Counted from the stretch's first letter, positions 30,614-40,780 are shown. The stretch: DNA of 64,000 nucleotides from Candidatus Poriferisocius sp. (GCF_965202595.1 NZ_OZ241836.1:1360349-1424348); one strand, 5' to 3'. The notes: a model not told the origin generated them from the letters alone. Numbers and translations: made by a program.

Positions 30614-31831
30614 TCAGTTCGTTCGGGCCCTGAACACCAGCCCGGTTCCGGCAACCTCGTACTCCCCGGTTCCCGCCGGCAACCAGATCGCGGCACCCCC
30701 GGCGACCTCGTGGCCCGCGGCCACCACCCGGCCCGATGCGCACAGCAGGATCTCCGGTCCCACCGGTTGGCACACCACCGTTTCGGTCACCTCCATCCGG
30801 GTCGTGATCGAGTTCGACGATGACCTCCCCGGTTGGCACACGACCGTTTCGGTCACCTCCATCCGGGTCAAGGAGAAGTCCCGGACCGGCGGCCTGAAGG
30901 TGTGAACCGGGCCCTCGGGAACCATAACCGGTGCCCGGTCGGGGTGGCAGTCCACCACCTCCATCAGGGCGGCGGTATCCACGTGCTTGACGGTGAGCCC
31001 GCCCCTCAGCACGTTGTCGCTGCTGGCCATGATCTCCACCGCCACACCGTGCAGGTAGATGTGCAGGCTGCCCGCCCCCAGGTAAAGGGCCTGCCCCGGG
31101 TCGAGATGCACTGGGTTCAGCATGAGGGCGATGGCCACGCCGATGTCCCCGGGGTGCTGCTCGCCAATGCGAACCGCCCACCGCCTCTCGCCGGGGAAAG
31201 AACCGGGCCGGGCGCAGGCCGCCACCACCCGGTGGGCAAGCTCGGAGCCGTCCCCCGGGGGCAACTCCAGCAACCATCGCAGCGCTGCCTGTATCTCCCC
31301 GGCGTTCAGCAGCTCGATCACCGGGCTCAGCCCGGGAACCTCCAGCGATTCGAGGAGAGCAGCGGTGGTGGTTGGCTGCCGGAACCCGCACAGGGCGGTG
31401 AACGGTTCGAGCGCGCAGATCAGCTCCGGCTTGTGGTTGCGGTCGCGGTACAACCGGTGGGGTGCGGTTAGCGGGATGCCTCGGGCGTCCTCGGTGGCGT
31501 GCCCCGCTTCCGCCCGGGAACGGGTGGGATGCGCCTGCAACGACAGCGGCTGGGCCACAGCCAGGATCTTGAGCAAAAAGGGCAGCTCACCGCCGAAGGT
31601 GCCGGCCGTGTCGGACCCCAGCTCCCCCACCGGGTCGGCGGCGATCACCCGGTCGAGCGGACGGTTCATCCCGTCCCGATGCAGTACCGATGGGGCTCGG
31701 GGGTGGGCCCCCAGCCAGAGCTCGGCCTGGGGATCCCCGGTGGGCGGGACACCCATGATTCGAGGCAGCGCCGTCACCGACCCCCAGGCATAGCGCTGCA
31801 CCACGCCGTGCAATCTCCCCGGCCCGTTCAC
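30614..31831 (-). CDS. manA: mannose-6-phosphate isomerase, class I
   Basis: 405-aa ORF with YAWGS, ELWLGAHP and QAHP motifs. It contains an in-frame 66-bp internal duplication (see findings). Confidence 0.9.
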   Translation of the reverse strand: MNGPGRLHGVVQRYAWGSVTALPRIMGVPPTGDPQAELWLGAHPRAPSVLHRDGMNRPLDRVIAADPVGELGSDTAGTFGGELPFLLKILAVAQPLSLQAHPTRSRAEAGHATEDARGIPLTAPHRLYRDRNHKPELICALEPFTALCGFRQPTTTAALLESLEVPGLSPVIELLNAGEIQAALRWLLELPPGDGSELAHRVVAACARPGSFPGERRWAVRIGEQHPGDIGVAIALMLNPVHLDPGQALYLGAGSLHIYLHGVAVEIMASSDNVLRGGLTVKHVDTAALMEVVDCHPDRAPVMVPEGPVHTFRPPVRDFSLTRMEVTETVVCQPGRSSSNSITTRMEVTETVVCQPVGPEILLCASGRVVAAGHEVAGGAAIWLPAGTGEYEVAGTGLVFRARTN

Positions 31832-31846
31832 GATCCCAGAGTAAAC

Positions 31847-32641
31847 TCATCGGATCAGCCAGATCAGGTTGACCACCGCAACCAGGTTGAAGCCGATGTG
31901 TGCCCAGATGGCCGGTCCCAGCCTTCCGTAGCGCCGCACAAGCATCGCGGCGATTATCGCGAAGGCCACGAGCGCGGGGAACTGGAGAAGCTGTAGGTGC
32001 ACGGCCCCGAACAGCACCGAGGAAGCCAAAACGCCCGCCACCGGCCCCCACCGCCGCTCGAACGCTCGCAGCGCCAGCCCCCGGAAGAACAGCTCCTCGA
32101 AAATGGGGGCCCCCACCACCACTCCCAGCATCACCAGAGCGATGTCGCCCGGGGTTGCGGCCCGATCGGTGATGGCTCGGGCCGCCTCGCTCACATCGAA
32201 GTCGAACACCAGTTGGAACGGCGCATATATCAACCACACCACCACCACCTGGGCGAACACCCCGAAGGCCAACCCGATGGGCACGTCCGACGCTCGCATC
32301 GACCACCCGAAATCGCGACGCAAACCGTTGCCTCGCCGGGTGGCGGCCACCACCGCGGTCACCGCCAGTCCCGCCCACAGTCCCAACTGACCCACGGGAA
32401 GGGTCCAAAGCGGCAACGCCGGATCGACCCGCTCGACCCCCAATGCATCGCCCACCCCGTAGCGCCCCACATACGAACCGGTACCGGTCTCACCCCCGGT
32501 TTCCTGCCCGCTCAGGGCCAGAATCGCAAGCAGCACCACCACCGCAGCGACCCAGGACACCACCACACCGATGAAAACATCGGGCAGACCCCACCGGACT
32601 TCCCTCTCTTCGCCCTGCCATGCTGGTGTCACAGCCCGCAC
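31847..32641 (-). CDS. CPBP family intramembrane glutamic endopeptidase (CAAX protease-like)
   Basis: Multi-TM protein with FEELFFRG and FGAVH motifs. I place the start at the in-frame GTG at 32641 (alternative 32632). The longer 420-aa ORF runs through the repeat-filled divergent intergenic region. Confidence 0.7.
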   Translation of the reverse strand: MRAVTPAWQGEEREVRWGLPDVFIGVVVSWVAAVVVLLAILALSGQETGGETGTGSYVGRYGVGDALGVERVDPALPLWTLPVGQLGLWAGLAVTAVVAATRRGNGLRRDFGWSMRASDVPIGLAFGVFAQVVVVWLIYAPFQLVFDFDVSEAARAITDRAATPGDIALVMLGVVVGAPIFEELFFRGLALRAFERRWGPVAGVLASSVLFGAVHLQLLQFPALVAFAIIAAMLVRRYGRLGPAIWAHIGFNLVAVVNLIWLIR

Positions 32642-32654
32642 AGTAGAACAGCAA

Positions 32655-32862
32655 AGCGGTGAATTCGTCCGTCGAATTGCCAAATCCACCTCCGACCGCC
32701 GGAGGTGCCACCGCCCTCTGCCCGCAGAATTGCCGAATGGCCTGGCCGTCGCCCTTGAGCACTTGAGCACTTGCTGCCCGTAGAATCGCCGAATGGCCTG
32801 GCCGTCGCCCGCCCGATGGTGAATTCGTCCCTCTGCCCCGTAGAATTGCCGAATGGCCTCAC
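32655..32862. repeat. cluster of 3-4 copies of a (c/t)agaat(t/c)gccgaatggcc module, offsets about 57-60 bp, upstream of ftsH
   Basis: Copies occur at about 32671 (degenerate), 32725, 32781 and 32841. There are also two copies of ggtgaattcgtcc (about 32658 and 32818). Confidence 0.75.
32841..32846 (+). promoter_or_regulatory. candidate -10 element (TAGAAT) for a leaderless ftsH transcript
   Basis: TAGAAT ends 6 nt before the ftsH ATG (32853), so the expected TSS falls at or next to the A of the ATG. Actinobacterial -10 consensus is TAnnnT. Confidence 0.4.
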
Positions 32863-34850
32863 CCCCTCCTCCCGAGCGGCGTGATTCCCAACGCGGACCG
32901 GGCCAGCAGACCACACCGAACCGGGTACCCCGCTGGCTGTGGGCAATCGCGTTGGGGATAATGCTCGCCCTGTTGTTTTCCGGGGTTTTCCGCAACAACG
33001 ACAACGGCGAGGAGATCTCCTTCAAGAAGTTCGTGACCTGGGCCGAGAACGAGCAGATCGAGAAGGCCGAGTACAACAACAACACCGGCAACATCAAGGG
33101 CACGACCACGGATGGGACCAGGTTTCACACCACCGGACCGATCCCGCTGAAGGAAACGGTCGAGGACAACCTTCGGAACAACATCGGGGAGGCTTTCAAG
33201 TACCACACCCCCAGCAGCAGCATCTGGAGTACCATCCTGCCGCTGCTCATCCCGGTGCTGCTGATCTTTTTCATCTTCTGGTGGTTCCAGCGCCGGGCCC
33301 AGGGCCAGATGAGCGGGATCATGTCCATCGGCCGATCCAAGGCCAAGACGTACACCACCGAGCGACCGGGAACCACCTTCAAGGACGTGGCCGGCTACGA
33401 GGGGGTCAAAAAGGAGATCGTCGAGATAGTCGACTTCCTCAAGCACCCCGACAAGTTCTCCCAGATCGGGGCCCGCATCCCCAAGGGAGTGCTGCTGGTG
33501 GGACCGCCGGGTACCGGCAAGACCCTCATCGCCCGGGCGGTGGCCGGAGAGGCCGGGGTTCCGTTCCTGTCGGTCACCGGGTCGGACTTCATGGAGATGT
33601 TCGTCGGGGTGGGGGCCAGCCGGGTGCGGGATCTGTTCCAGTCGGCCCGCAAGATGGGGCGGGCCATCATCTTCATCGATGAGATCGACTCCATCGGCCG
33701 CAAGCGGGGGGCCGGGTTGGGCGGCGGCCACGATGAGCGCGAGCAGACCCTCAACCAGATGCTGGCCGAGATGGACGGGTTCGAAGCCACCGAGGGCATC
33801 GTGATGATGGCGGCCACGAACCGGCCCGACATCCTCGATCCGGCTCTGCTGCGCCCCGGGCGGTTCGACCGTCAGGTGGTGGTTCCACTGCCCGAGGCCG
33901 ACGACCGGCTGCAAATCCTCAATGTCCATGTCCGCTCCAAGAAGATCGCCGCGGATGTGGATCTTCCGCTGATCGCCCGGGGCTCACCGGGCATGAGCGG
34001 TGCCGATCTCGCCAACCTGGTGAACGAGGCTGCGTTGTTCGCGGTGCGCAACGACTCGGATCAGATCCGCATGATCCACTTCGAGCATGCCCGGGACAGG
34101 GTGCTGATGGGCCAGCGCCGGGAGTCCATGGCCATGTCCGAGCAGGAACGCCAGATCACCGCCTACCACGAGGCCGGTCATGCCGTTTGCGCCGCGGTGC
34201 TCCCTCACGCCGACCCTCTGCACAAGGTGACGATCATCCCCCGGGGCATGGCCCTGGGAGTGACCATGACCCTTCCCGAGGAGGACCGTCACACCCTGCG
34301 GCGCGATTACCTGGAGGACATGCTGGTCATGCGCATGGGCGGGCGCATCGCCGAGGAGTTGGTGTTCGGCGTGTCGTCGAGCGGCGCGGCCGATGATCTG
34401 GCCGGTTCCACCGAGTTCGCCCGGCGCATGGTGCGGGAGTGGGGTATGAGCGACCGCATCGGACCCATGGCCTGGCGGAGCTCGGGGCAGGTGTTTTTGG
34501 GCGACGAGATGATGACCAGCCGGGAGTACAGCGACGAGACCGCCCGGGTCATCGACGAGGAAGTGGCGGATATCCTGTGCTCCCAGGAAAACCGGTGCCG
34601 GGAAGTGCTCTCCGAGCACCGCAACGGCCTCGATCTGGTGGCCCGGGCGCTGCTGGAACACGAGACCATTTCCGGCGAGGAGGTGGGCCGGCTGGTTGAG
34701 TTGGGGGCTGAGAATCCCGTCGGGGATCCCCGGGATGTGATCGGCGTTGCCCTGGCGGCCCGGGGCGCGGCGGCGACACTGGCATCCACGACCCCTGCTG
34801 CGTCCGACCCCGAGGAGGCGGACGCGCCGGAGACGTGGCCCGCACCCTGA
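32853..34850 (+). CDS. ftsH: ATP-dependent zinc metalloprotease FtsH
   Basis: 665-aa ORF with Walker A GPPGTGKT, an SRH region and the HEAGH zinc motif. Confidence 0.95.
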   Translation: MASPPPPERRDSQRGPGQQTTPNRVPRWLWAIALGIMLALLFSGVFRNNDNGEEISFKKFVTWAENEQIEKAEYNNNTGNIKGTTTDGTRFHTTGPIPLKETVEDNLRNNIGEAFKYHTPSSSIWSTILPLLIPVLLIFFIFWWFQRRAQGQMSGIMSIGRSKAKTYTTERPGTTFKDVAGYEGVKKEIVEIVDFLKHPDKFSQIGARIPKGVLLVGPPGTGKTLIARAVAGEAGVPFLSVTGSDFMEMFVGVGASRVRDLFQSARKMGRAIIFIDEIDSIGRKRGAGLGGGHDEREQTLNQMLAEMDGFEATEGIVMMAATNRPDILDPALLRPGRFDRQVVVPLPEADDRLQILNVHVRSKKIAADVDLPLIARGSPGMSGADLANLVNEAALFAVRNDSDQIRMIHFEHARDRVLMGQRRESMAMSEQERQITAYHEAGHAVCAAVLPHADPLHKVTIIPRGMALGVTMTLPEEDRHTLRRDYLEDMLVMRMGGRIAEELVFGVSSSGAADDLAGSTEFARRMVREWGMSDRIGPMAWRSSGQVFLGDEMMTSREYSDETARVIDEEVADILCSQENRCREVLSEHRNGLDLVARALLEHETISGEEVGRLVELGAENPVGDPRDVIGVALAARGAAATLASTTPAASDPEEADAPETWPAP

Positions 34851-35269
34851 TCGCCCTGGGAATCGTTGCCGGGGCGCTGGTGGTGGCCGCCCTCGCCCGG
34901 CGCTCCCGCACCGCGGCCCCGGCGGCCCCGTCATACTCGGTACCCGTCCACCTGGAGCGGTGGGACTTCGCCCAACCCAGTTCCGATTGGTTGCTGGTGG
35001 TGTTCACATCCAAAACCTGCTCAACCTGTGGTGCGGTGATCGAGGCGGCCCGAGGCTTGGCCGACGATTCGCTGGCCGTGCAGGAGGTCGAGCATCGCCG
35101 TCACGGCGATCTTCACCGTCGCTACGGCATCGATGCCGTCCCCCTGGCCGTGCTGGTGGATCGCAGCGGTGCCGTCCATGCCTCTCTGGCCGGGCCCGCC
35201 ACCCCCGACGAACTATCCAACCTCATCGCCTCGGCCCGGAGTTCAGAAGGTGACAACCGGGATCGATAG
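34835..35269 (+). CDS. thioredoxin-fold protein with N-terminal membrane anchor
   Basis: 144-aa ORF with a TM helix [17 protein letters not shown] and a CxxC motif (KTCSTCG) in a Trx-like context. GTG start overlaps the ftsH end by 16 nt. Confidence 0.6.
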   Translation: MARTLIALGIVAGALVVAALARRSRTAAPAAPSYSVPVHLERWDFAQPSSDWLLVVFTSKTCSTCGAVIEAARGLADDSLAVQEVEHRRHGDLHRRYGIDAVPLAVLVDRSGAVHASLAGPATPDELSNLIASARSSEGDNRDR

Positions 35270-35279
35270 GGTCACCGAG

Positions 35280-35456
35280 GTGAACGAACCCTCAGTACTG
35301 GCGGAACTGGCGGGCACACCACGACCGCCCCGGACCCAACCACCGGCAACATGAACGAACCCTCGACACTGGCGGAACTGGCGGGCACACCACGACCGCC
35401 CCGGACCCAACCACCGGCAACATGAACGAACCCTCGACACTGGCGGAACTGGCGGG
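35280..35456. repeat. 71-bp tandem repeat (2.5 copies) of the acyl-CoA synthetase start region
   Basis: (g/a)tgaacgaaccctc..actggcggaactggcgggc starts at 35280, 35351 and 35422. Full 71-bp units are repeated twice and the third copy is the real gene start. Confidence 0.92.
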
Positions 35457-36927
35457 CCGGTCACCGGGTGATCTGGCCCTGGAGGATGACACCCACCGGG
35501 TGAGTTGGGCCGAACTCGATCGCCGCACCCATGCCATCGGGCAGGGGTTGCTGGCATCCGGAGCCACTCGTGGGGACCATGTCGGGCTGGTGTGCTCCAA
35601 CCGCACCGAGTTCGTGGAGGTCATGCTGGCCTGCTTCCGGGCCGGCCTGAGGATGACCCCGATCAAGACCAACTGGACAGCCACCGAGATCGCCTACGTG
35701 CTGGACGACGCCGGGTCGGCTCTGGTGGTAACGGATGTGCCCGCAGCCCTGGATGCCGCCGGCGACCGGCCAGTGCTTCGGATGGACGACGGTTTCGATG
35801 CCTGGGTGAATGCCCAGGATCCCCGACCCTTCCCGGCAGGTGGCACCGGCTACCGCATCCCCTACACCTCGGGCACCACCGGGCGGCCCAAGGGAGTGGA
35901 GCGCACCCTGGACTCGGAGTCCACCTTCGAGCAGTGGTGGCAATTCTCATCTTTGGGAGCCCAGGGTTTGGGTCTGCCCCGTGACGGCAAGCACCTGATG
36001 GTGGCCCAGCTCTTCCACGGCGCTCCCCTGGCTTTTGCCCTGGGGGCGCTGGCCAATGGTGCTCCCATGCGGATCATGGGCCGCTGGGACGCCCACCGCT
36101 CGGTGGACATCCTCAACGACGGGGTGACCTCCACCATCATGGTGCCCACCATGTTCCGCCAGCTCCTGGGCCTGACCACCGAACGCCGGGCTGAGCTGGA
36201 TCATTCCCGGCTGGTCACCGTCCTGCACGGCGGCGAACCCTGCCCGGTACCGCTCAAGCGGCGCATGATCGATTGGTGGGGCCCGATCTTCACCGAGTAC
36301 TACGGGTTCACCGAGGGAGGCATGACCATGTGCAGCTCGACCGAGTGGCTGGCTCGGCCGGGCACGGTGGGCACCCCCATAGGGGAGCTGGCCATCCAGA
36401 TCGTGGGCGAAAACGGCGAGCTCATGGGGCCGGGAGAGCCCGGCACGGTTTACTTCCGCCGGCCCGAGGGACGCTACTTCCGCTATATCAACGCTGACAC
36501 CAAGACCGATGAGGCCTACAACGATGCCGGCTTCTTCTCGGTGGGTGACATCGGGTATCTCGATGAGGACGGCTACCTGTACCTGTCGGGTCGCAGCTCC
36601 GAAGTGATCGTGGCCGCGGGCGTGAACATCTACCCAGCGGAGATCGAGGACGTGGTGTTCGGGGTGGAGGGGGTGGCCGATGCCTGCGCGGTGGGTGGTC
36701 CCGACCCCGATCGGGGCGAGCAGGTGGTGGTTTACCTGGCAGTGGCCGAGGGTTTCGAACCCGACGATGTGACCACGGCCATAGATGCTGCCTGCGCCCA
36801 GCACCTGGCCGGTTACAAGCGCCCCCGCCGATACATAATTGGCCCAACCGTGGACCGCGACCCCACCGGTAAAGTTTTGCGCACCAAACTACGCGACCAA
36901 CTCTGGGATGCTGCCGACCCGCAATGA
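35422..36927 (+). CDS. AMP-dependent acyl-CoA synthetase/ligase (FadD-like)
   Basis: 501-aa ORF with the AMP-binding motif YTSGTTGRPKGV, GEPC and GD.GY.DEDGYLY.GR. Confidence 0.9.
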   Translation: MNEPSTLAELAGRSPGDLALEDDTHRVSWAELDRRTHAIGQGLLASGATRGDHVGLVCSNRTEFVEVMLACFRAGLRMTPIKTNWTATEIAYVLDDAGSALVVTDVPAALDAAGDRPVLRMDDGFDAWVNAQDPRPFPAGGTGYRIPYTSGTTGRPKGVERTLDSESTFEQWWQFSSLGAQGLGLPRDGKHLMVAQLFHGAPLAFALGALANGAPMRIMGRWDAHRSVDILNDGVTSTIMVPTMFRQLLGLTTERRAELDHSRLVTVLHGGEPCPVPLKRRMIDWWGPIFTEYYGFTEGGMTMCSSTEWLARPGTVGTPIGELAIQIVGENGELMGPGEPGTVYFRRPEGRYFRYINADTKTDEAYNDAGFFSVGDIGYLDEDGYLYLSGRSSEVIVAAGVNIYPAEIEDVVFGVEGVADACAVGGPDPDRGEQVVVYLAVAEGFEPDDVTTAIDAACAQHLAGYKRPRRYIIGPTVDRDPTGKVLRTKLRDQLWDAADPQ

Positions 36928-36973
36928 CCATGAAATCGCAATGAACACAAAGCAGCAAACGGCCCAGGAGGAT

Positions 36974-37063
36974 GCCGGCTCGCAACGCCTACAAAGTGCT
37001 CCCGGTAAAACGCCGGCTCGCAACGCCTACGAAGTGCTCCCGGTAAAACGCCGGCTCGCAACC
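36974..37063. repeat. 38-bp tandem repeat (about 2.3 copies) of the 3' end (with stop) of the acetate--CoA ligase family gene
   Basis: gccggctcgcaacgcctac(a/g)aagtgctcccggtaaaac starts at 36974, 37012 and 37050. The second copy carries the stop (37027-37029). Confidence 0.88.
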
Positions 37064-39201
37064 ACCATGAGGTGGTCGAGGACGATTGCGCCCTGGCCGC
37101 GGTCGCGCACCACCACCGGGTTCAGATCCAGTTCGGCCAGGTGGTCACCCAAGGCGGTGGCCAGGGTGGCCGTGGCCATCACCACCTGGACGAGGGCCTC
37201 CACATCGCCGAGCGGGCGACCGCGGGCTCCGTCCAGCAAGGGGAACCCCCTGAGCGATCGGATCATCTCGTAGGCATCAGCCTCGTCCATCGGCAGCGGG
37301 CGCACCGCTGTGTCAGCCAGAATCTCGGCGAACAAACCGCCGGTGCCCACCATCACCGCCGGACCGAGGGTGGGATCGCGGGTCACCCCCACGATCATCT
37401 CGGTACCCCCCACCACCATCGGTTGCACTTCCACTCCATCGATGGCTGCTCCCGGAGCCAGGGCCCGGGCCCGATCCAGCACCGCACGGGCTGACTGCTC
37501 CACACCGTCCAGCGAGTCCACACCCAACACCACCAGGCCGGAGTCGGTCTTGTGAGGGAAGTCCACCGAGGCAATCTTCACCACCACCGGCAGGCCGATG
37601 TCCTGCGCAACCCGGCGGGCATCAGCGGACGAACCGGCAATCCCGCCGGCAACCAGCGGCAACCCAAAGGCCCGCAACACCGCCGCCGCATCTGCAGAAT
37701 CCAACCCCAAACCAGCCGCTGCCCCAGCATCGGCAGAAGCAAACCCCAAACCAGCCGCTGCCCCATCCGGCAGAGCATCGGGTAGCGGCGGGCGGTATCG
37801 AAAGTTCTTTCTCCGGCGCTGGTAACGGTGATAGGCGGCCAGAGCGCCGAAGCACCCCCGGAAGGAGCGGAACAGCGGCACCCCGGATTCCACCAGGCGA
37901 TTGAATCCGGCTTCATCCACCTTGAAGGAGTTCCAAGTGGCGATGATCGGTTTGTCCAACTCGCCGGCCAGTGCCCCGATGTCGTCGCCCAGCAGATCGG
38001 TCATGGGGGGAACCGCCCCAGTAACCCCCACCACCGTGTAGCCCACCGACGGGTCGTCGCTCAGATCCCTGATCACCTGCCGGCGGATCTCGGCCGGCTG
38101 AGAGGTGATGAAGGCACCACCGTTGTCCACCGGGTTGGACACCGTCAGGTAGCCGGGGATGTGGCGGTGAAGTTTCTCCCGGGTCGTCCCGGCCAGTCGG
38201 GGAACGGCAACTCCAGCCAGTTCGGCGGTCTCGGCCATCAGCGTGCCCGAACCCCCGGAAATGGAGTACAAACCGGCCCCCTCGGCCACATCGGGACCCA
38301 GCTTGGCGAACAGGGCGGCCGTCTCCAGCAACTCGTCGAGGTCACGCACTCGCACCACCCCGTACTGCTCGAACAACCCGTCGATCACCGCGTCCGACCC
38401 GGTGAGATGGCCGGTGTGCGACGACGCCATCCGGGACCCGGCATCGGTGGCACCCATCTTGAGCAGCACCACCGGCTTGTTCTGTGCGTTGGCCGCCGCC
38501 AGGGCGACACGCAACTTGCCGGCGGAGCGAAAACCCTCCACGTAGCCGGCAATCACTGCGGTGTCGTCGTCGTAGGCGAAGTACTCGATGAAATCGCTCA
38601 CCTCGAGGTCCACCTCGTTGCCGCACGGAATCTGGCGGCTGAACCCGATGCCGAAGTGGACCCCCTGCATGATGGGACGGCCGTTGTGGCCCGACTGGGT
38701 GACCAACCCGATCTTGCCTCCCCGCTGCTGGGGCACCTCGGGCACCGGCTCAAAGGCGTTGGTGTTGGTGTTGGGGCCGAATATCCGAATGTTGTGACGA
38801 CGACCGGCCTCCCCCAGCGCGGCCTCCAGCGCGGCCCCATCGGGACCGATCTCGCTGAAACCCGATGAAAACACCAGGGCGTAACGGACCCCGGCCTCGG
38901 CGCACTGTTCAACCACCGAGGCACACACCGCCGGTGGGGTGGAAATGACCGCCAGCGTCACCGGTTCGGGCAGATCGGCCACCGAGCGGTGGACGGGGAC
39001 CGACCCGATAGAGCCGCCCCCAGGGTTGACCAGATACCAGTTCCCCACCCCCCAGCGATTATCCATGGCCGCCCGCAGAGCCACCTCCGTCCGGGTCCGG
39101 TCCACCCCACCGATCACCGCCACCCCGTCAGGATGAAAGAACTCCTCCAGATCACCTCGCCGCTGAACCATGGGATCTCCATGGTAGTTGGACAAGGCCA
39201 A
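37027..39201 (-). CDS. acetate--CoA ligase family protein (ADP-forming acyl-CoA synthetase, CoA-binding plus ATP-grasp domains)
   Basis: 724-aa ORF with an N-terminal CoA-binding/succinyl-CoA-synthetase-like region (VAVIGG, GPNT) and a C-terminal ATP-grasp. Alternative start at Met-11 (39171). Confidence 0.83.
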   Translation of the reverse strand: MALSNYHGDPMVQRRGDLEEFFHPDGVAVIGGVDRTRTEVALRAAMDNRWGVGNWYLVNPGGGSIGSVPVHRSVADLPEPVTLAVISTPPAVCASVVEQCAEAGVRYALVFSSGFSEIGPDGAALEAALGEAGRRHNIRIFGPNTNTNAFEPVPEVPQQRGGKIGLVTQSGHNGRPIMQGVHFGIGFSRQIPCGNEVDLEVSDFIEYFAYDDDTAVIAGYVEGFRSAGKLRVALAAANAQNKPVVLLKMGATDAGSRMASSHTGHLTGSDAVIDGLFEQYGVVRVRDLDELLETAALFAKLGPDVAEGAGLYSISGGSGTLMAETAELAGVAVPRLAGTTREKLHRHIPGYLTVSNPVDNGGAFITSQPAEIRRQVIRDLSDDPSVGYTVVGVTGAVPPMTDLLGDDIGALAGELDKPIIATWNSFKVDEAGFNRLVESGVPLFRSFRGCFGALAAYHRYQRRRKNFRYRPPLPDALPDGAAAGLGFASADAGAAAGLGLDSADAAAVLRAFGLPLVAGGIAGSSADARRVAQDIGLPVVVKIASVDFPHKTDSGLVVLGVDSLDGVEQSARAVLDRARALAPGAAIDGVEVQPMVVGGTEMIVGVTRDPTLGPAVMVGTGGLFAEILADTAVRPLPMDEADAYEMIRSLRGFPLLDGARGRPLGDVEALVQVVMATATLATALGDHLAELDLNPVVVRDRGQGAIVLDHLMVVASRRFTGSTS

Positions 39202-39307
39202 GAGATTGGTAGCAGCGTGCTTCGATTAACCTGCTGTGTAAGTGTGGTTGAAATGTTCGCCGAAACGGGCGAGTAGCGCTTGGGGGTACGACAACACCGT
39301 GGTGTAT

Positions 39308-40057
39308 CTAGAGATGTATTCGGCCACCAGGCTCAGGATCGACGGGCGGCCGCACGAGCCGGAGCACCGACTCGTCGTCAAGCAAGAGCTCAACCGAGAG
39401 CGAGCCACTCGTGTCAACGTTCACGTCCACAATCGACCTGCCAACCGCAGCTTCAATGAGCTCCGCAACTTCGATAGTACGAAATGAATCAAAACGCGCG
39501 ATGGCATAGCGAAGGCGGTCTCGAGCAAACGGAGTGAGACACCATCGGCGTTCCGAGATCGCCTTGCGATCGATGGTGCACCGGTAAGTGAGATCGACGA
39601 GGCACTCTGGGAATGAGCTATCCGGAGGTGAGGGCAGCGGGTAATAGCCAACAACTCGGCCCGCCCGGTAGTTGCCGCGGCTTCCAGGATTGAAATCCTC
39701 AAGGGGGATCAAAGGGCTTGCCTGAAAGGTTCGGTCGAGATCATCGTCCTTGTCTACGATCCGTGATGCCTCTTTAGGGTCCACGCCGGCTCGGATGAGG
39801 CGTTTTCGTTCCGCGTTCCATTCCTTGTCGTGATGGTAATCATGGGAGGTGACCATGACAAGCGCCCAGCCCACAACGGTGTGTATGGCGGGTTCACCGA
39901 ATTCCGACCGGTCAATTTGCTGCTCGATTTGGTCCAGCCGGTCCCAACGGTCCGGCACGAAGCGGTCCGATGCAATCACTCGCGTCATCGGAGCGATCAA
40001 AATGTCCCCCTGATTCAGTGGGCCATCTGCGTCCTCGTAGCAGTCCTTCGATTGCAT
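39308..40057 (-). CDS. hypothetical protein, third gene of the TIGR04255-HTH operon
   Basis: 249-aa ORF. Its ATG directly abuts the upstream TAG (tagATG). I recognise no family. Confidence 0.6.
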   Translation of the reverse strand: MQSKDCYEDADGPLNQGDILIAPMTRVIASDRFVPDRWDRLDQIEQQIDRSEFGEPAIHTVVGWALVMVTSHDYHHDKEWNAERKRLIRAGVDPKEASRIVDKDDDLDRTFQASPLIPLEDFNPGSRGNYRAGRVVGYYPLPSPPDSSFPECLVDLTYRCTIDRKAISERRWCLTPFARDRLRYAIARFDSFRTIEVAELIEAAVGRSIVDVNVDTSGSLSVELLLDDESVLRLVRPPVDPEPGGRIHL

Positions 40058-40780
40058 CTAGATTCCCTTACGTCTGGGCGTTGCCGGAGAAGCGACTGAG
40101 GGTACGGCCTTCGACAGGTCCTGTTCGTGCTCGGCATCGGATCGGGGTACTCCCGCTCGGGTGGGCAGGCTCCCCTTCCCCTGCCACACACCGGATGCCT
40201 TGAGGTAAAGCGGCACCTTTTCGGTCTCTCGAACATGAGTCTGGATCCTTGTCTGGGGAACGATGCCGAAGCGCTCCGCAATGGCGAGGAGCTCCCGGCG
40301 TATATCAGTAGCGCCCTTTGCTATCAATAAGAGCGGTGATCTGTCTGGGTCGAGACCCCGCAGAATTCCGCGCGCGTGCTCACCGAACTCATTCGCTGAC
40401 CAGTCAGCGGTGTCGGCCAATACCCGAAGAGCCCGCAAGCGTTCCTCAGTTGGGCGGATCTCTCCCTTAACGAATCCTGACAGTGAACGCCGGTCAACCC
40501 CCATAGCTCGAGCGATCTCCTGTCGTGTGAGACCCGAGCGCAAGACAACCAGGTCACGAAGCTGCTCTACTTCGGCTGCGACTGCTCGCCACATCGTCCG
40601 AGCTGTCGGGAATCGAGTCGAGCTCACTAGATCGGGGACGACTCGGCATCTAGCTGCGAAACCGATATGGTCGCTCGTTCCAAAGGTGTCTTCATTGAAG
40701 AAAGCTGGCACGAGGAGTGTGAACTCACTTGTTTCGTCAACCATGTCGACAGAAGCAGTCAATGGAGAGGTAGTAACCAT
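40058..40780 (-). CDS. XRE-family helix-turn-helix domain protein
   Basis: HTH segment LTRQEIARAMGVDRRSLSGFVKGE. I set the start at Met-17, which overlaps the upstream stop as TGATG. Confidence 0.7.
   Translation of the reverse strand: MVTTSPLTASVDMVDETSEFTLLVPAFFNEDTFGTSDHIGFAARCRVVPDLVSSTRFPTARTMWRAVAAEVEQLRDLVVLRSGLTRQEIARAMGVDRRSLSGFVKGEIRPTEERLRALRVLADTADWSANEFGEHARGILRGLDPDRSPLLLIAKGATDIRRELLAIAERFGIVPQTRIQTHVRETEKVPLYLKASGVWQGKGSLPTRAGVPRSDAEHEQDLSKAVPSVASPATPRRKGI

Noticed and set aside
32642-33109. Upstream 156 codons of the 420-aa CPBP protease ORF
   Set aside because: It runs through the repeat cluster of the divergent ftsH promoter region and overlaps the ftsH 5' end in antisense. 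The CPBP homology and the first TM start after 32641.
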